Assembly (NCBI GenBank): GCA_046262595.1
Contig: JBHEMM010000014.1
Span: 39,698-56,215 of the forward strand
Direction of reading: 5' to 3'
DNA: 16,518 nt
Source of the DNA: Vulcanimicrobiaceae bacterium
GTDB taxonomy: Bacteria > Vulcanimicrobiota > Vulcanimicrobiia > Vulcanimicrobiales > Vulcanimicrobiaceae
Shown: piece after piece, positions 15,861-16,518 of the stretch
Numbering within the stretch: the stretch's first letter is position 1
How the letters are laid out: each line of letters starts with the position of its first letter
Program-made: the position numbers and the translations under genes
The notes under the pieces: generated by a model
The model's database searches: none
Told to the model about the DNA's origin: nothing
The model's input: only the letters and a program-made list of their open reading frames with translations

Positions 15861-16517
15861 CTAAGCAGCCCTCGTGTCGAGCCGTTCCAAACTGCGGTAG
15901 TGGATCGCTTCGGCGATGTGTTCGGGGAGGATGTTCTCGCTCGCGGCCAGATCGGCAATCGTTCGCGCTGCACGCGCGATGCGGTCGAGCGCTCGCGCGG
16001 AAAATTGGCGGCGGGAACTAGCTTGCGCAAGAACGTGCATGGCGTCGGTGCCCAGAGCGCAGTATGAGCGCACACTGCCGGCCGGAATTTCGGCATTGCA
16101 CGAAATGGCCGTTCCGGCAAAACGCGCGGACTGGATCGCGCGCGCGGCAAGGACGCGCGTGCGAATCGCCGACGACGGCTCGGCGCGGTCGGCCCGAGCC
16201 ATTTCGTCGAACGGTACGCGCGTCACTTCGATCTGCAGGTCGATGCGATCGAGCAGCGGTCCGGAAAGTTTGGACACATAACGCGCCACGGCAGCATCGT
16301 CGCAGCGGCATTCGGCGCTGCGCGAGCCGCGATATCCGCACGGGCACGGATTCATCGAAGCAACAAGCATGAAGCGCGCGGGATAACTGAATGTGCCGGA
16401 CGCGCGAGCGATGGTGACGACGCCTTCTTCCAGCGGCTGGCGCATGACCTCCAGTGAGGCGCGTGTGAACTCCGGCAGCTCGTCGAGAAAGAGCACGCCG
16501 TGGTGGGCGAGGCTCAC
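15861..16517 (-). CDS. comM: YifB/ComM Mg-chelatase-like AAA+ helicase, 3' part (runs off the window)
   Basis: SLAHHGVLFLDELPEF, RQPLE.G, ASMNPCPCG...C.C, KLSGPLLDRID, SAR...RI...ARTIADL, HIAEA. Confidence 0.93.
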   Translation of the reverse strand: MSLAHHGVLFLDELPEFTRASLEVMRQPLEEGVVTIARASGTFSYPARFMLVASMNPCPCGYRGSRSAECRCDDAAVARYVSKLSGPLLDRIDLQIEVTRVPFDEMARADRAEPSSAIRTRVLAARAIQSARFAGTAISCNAEIPAGSVRSYCALGTDAMHVLAQASSRRQFSARALDRIARAARTIADLAASENILPEHIAEAIHYRSLERLDTRAA

Positions 16518-16518
16518 C

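Noticed and set aside
13641..16067. Long plus-strand ORFs (284, 338, 442 aa) opposite GH92 and comM
   Set aside because: Arg/Ala-rich antisense or off-frame translations with no domain signal.

Overview
High-GC bacterial chromosomal window, densely coded and mostly housekeeping. I found no mobile element, CRISPR array or structural RNA gene. Gene order: hisC-GNAT-AI-2E transporter-DUF6504-like-PhzF (+, closely coupled); argS (-); DUF5069-like (+); rlmH (-); AlkB-like dioxygenase (+); dprA (-); a 49-aa CxxC/CxxC zinc-ribbon gene missed by the ORF track (+); nrdR-dut-panE-like-chdC(hemQ) (+); stand-alone MEDS sensor, PLDc_N-like small membrane protein and a secreted unknown (+); a secreted GH92 alpha-mannosidase fused to an Ig-like domain and a 7-bladed YVTN propeller (-); and the 3' part of comM/yifB (-). 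The gene mix suggests a Terrabacteria lineage such as Eremiobacterota/Vulcanimicrobiota, but this is a guess. I cannot support a large new multi-gene system. The best leads are: an ArgRS whose HIGH motif reads VVVQ; the small zinc-ribbon protein divergent from dprA (possible nucleoid or DNA-binding protein); tandem NrdR-box-like sites 32 bp apart over the nrdR-dut promoter; the GH92-Ig-propeller fusion; the split comM/dprA pair; and a recurrent AG-N15-17-nGAA motif upstream of genes that lack a Shine-Dalgarno sequence.
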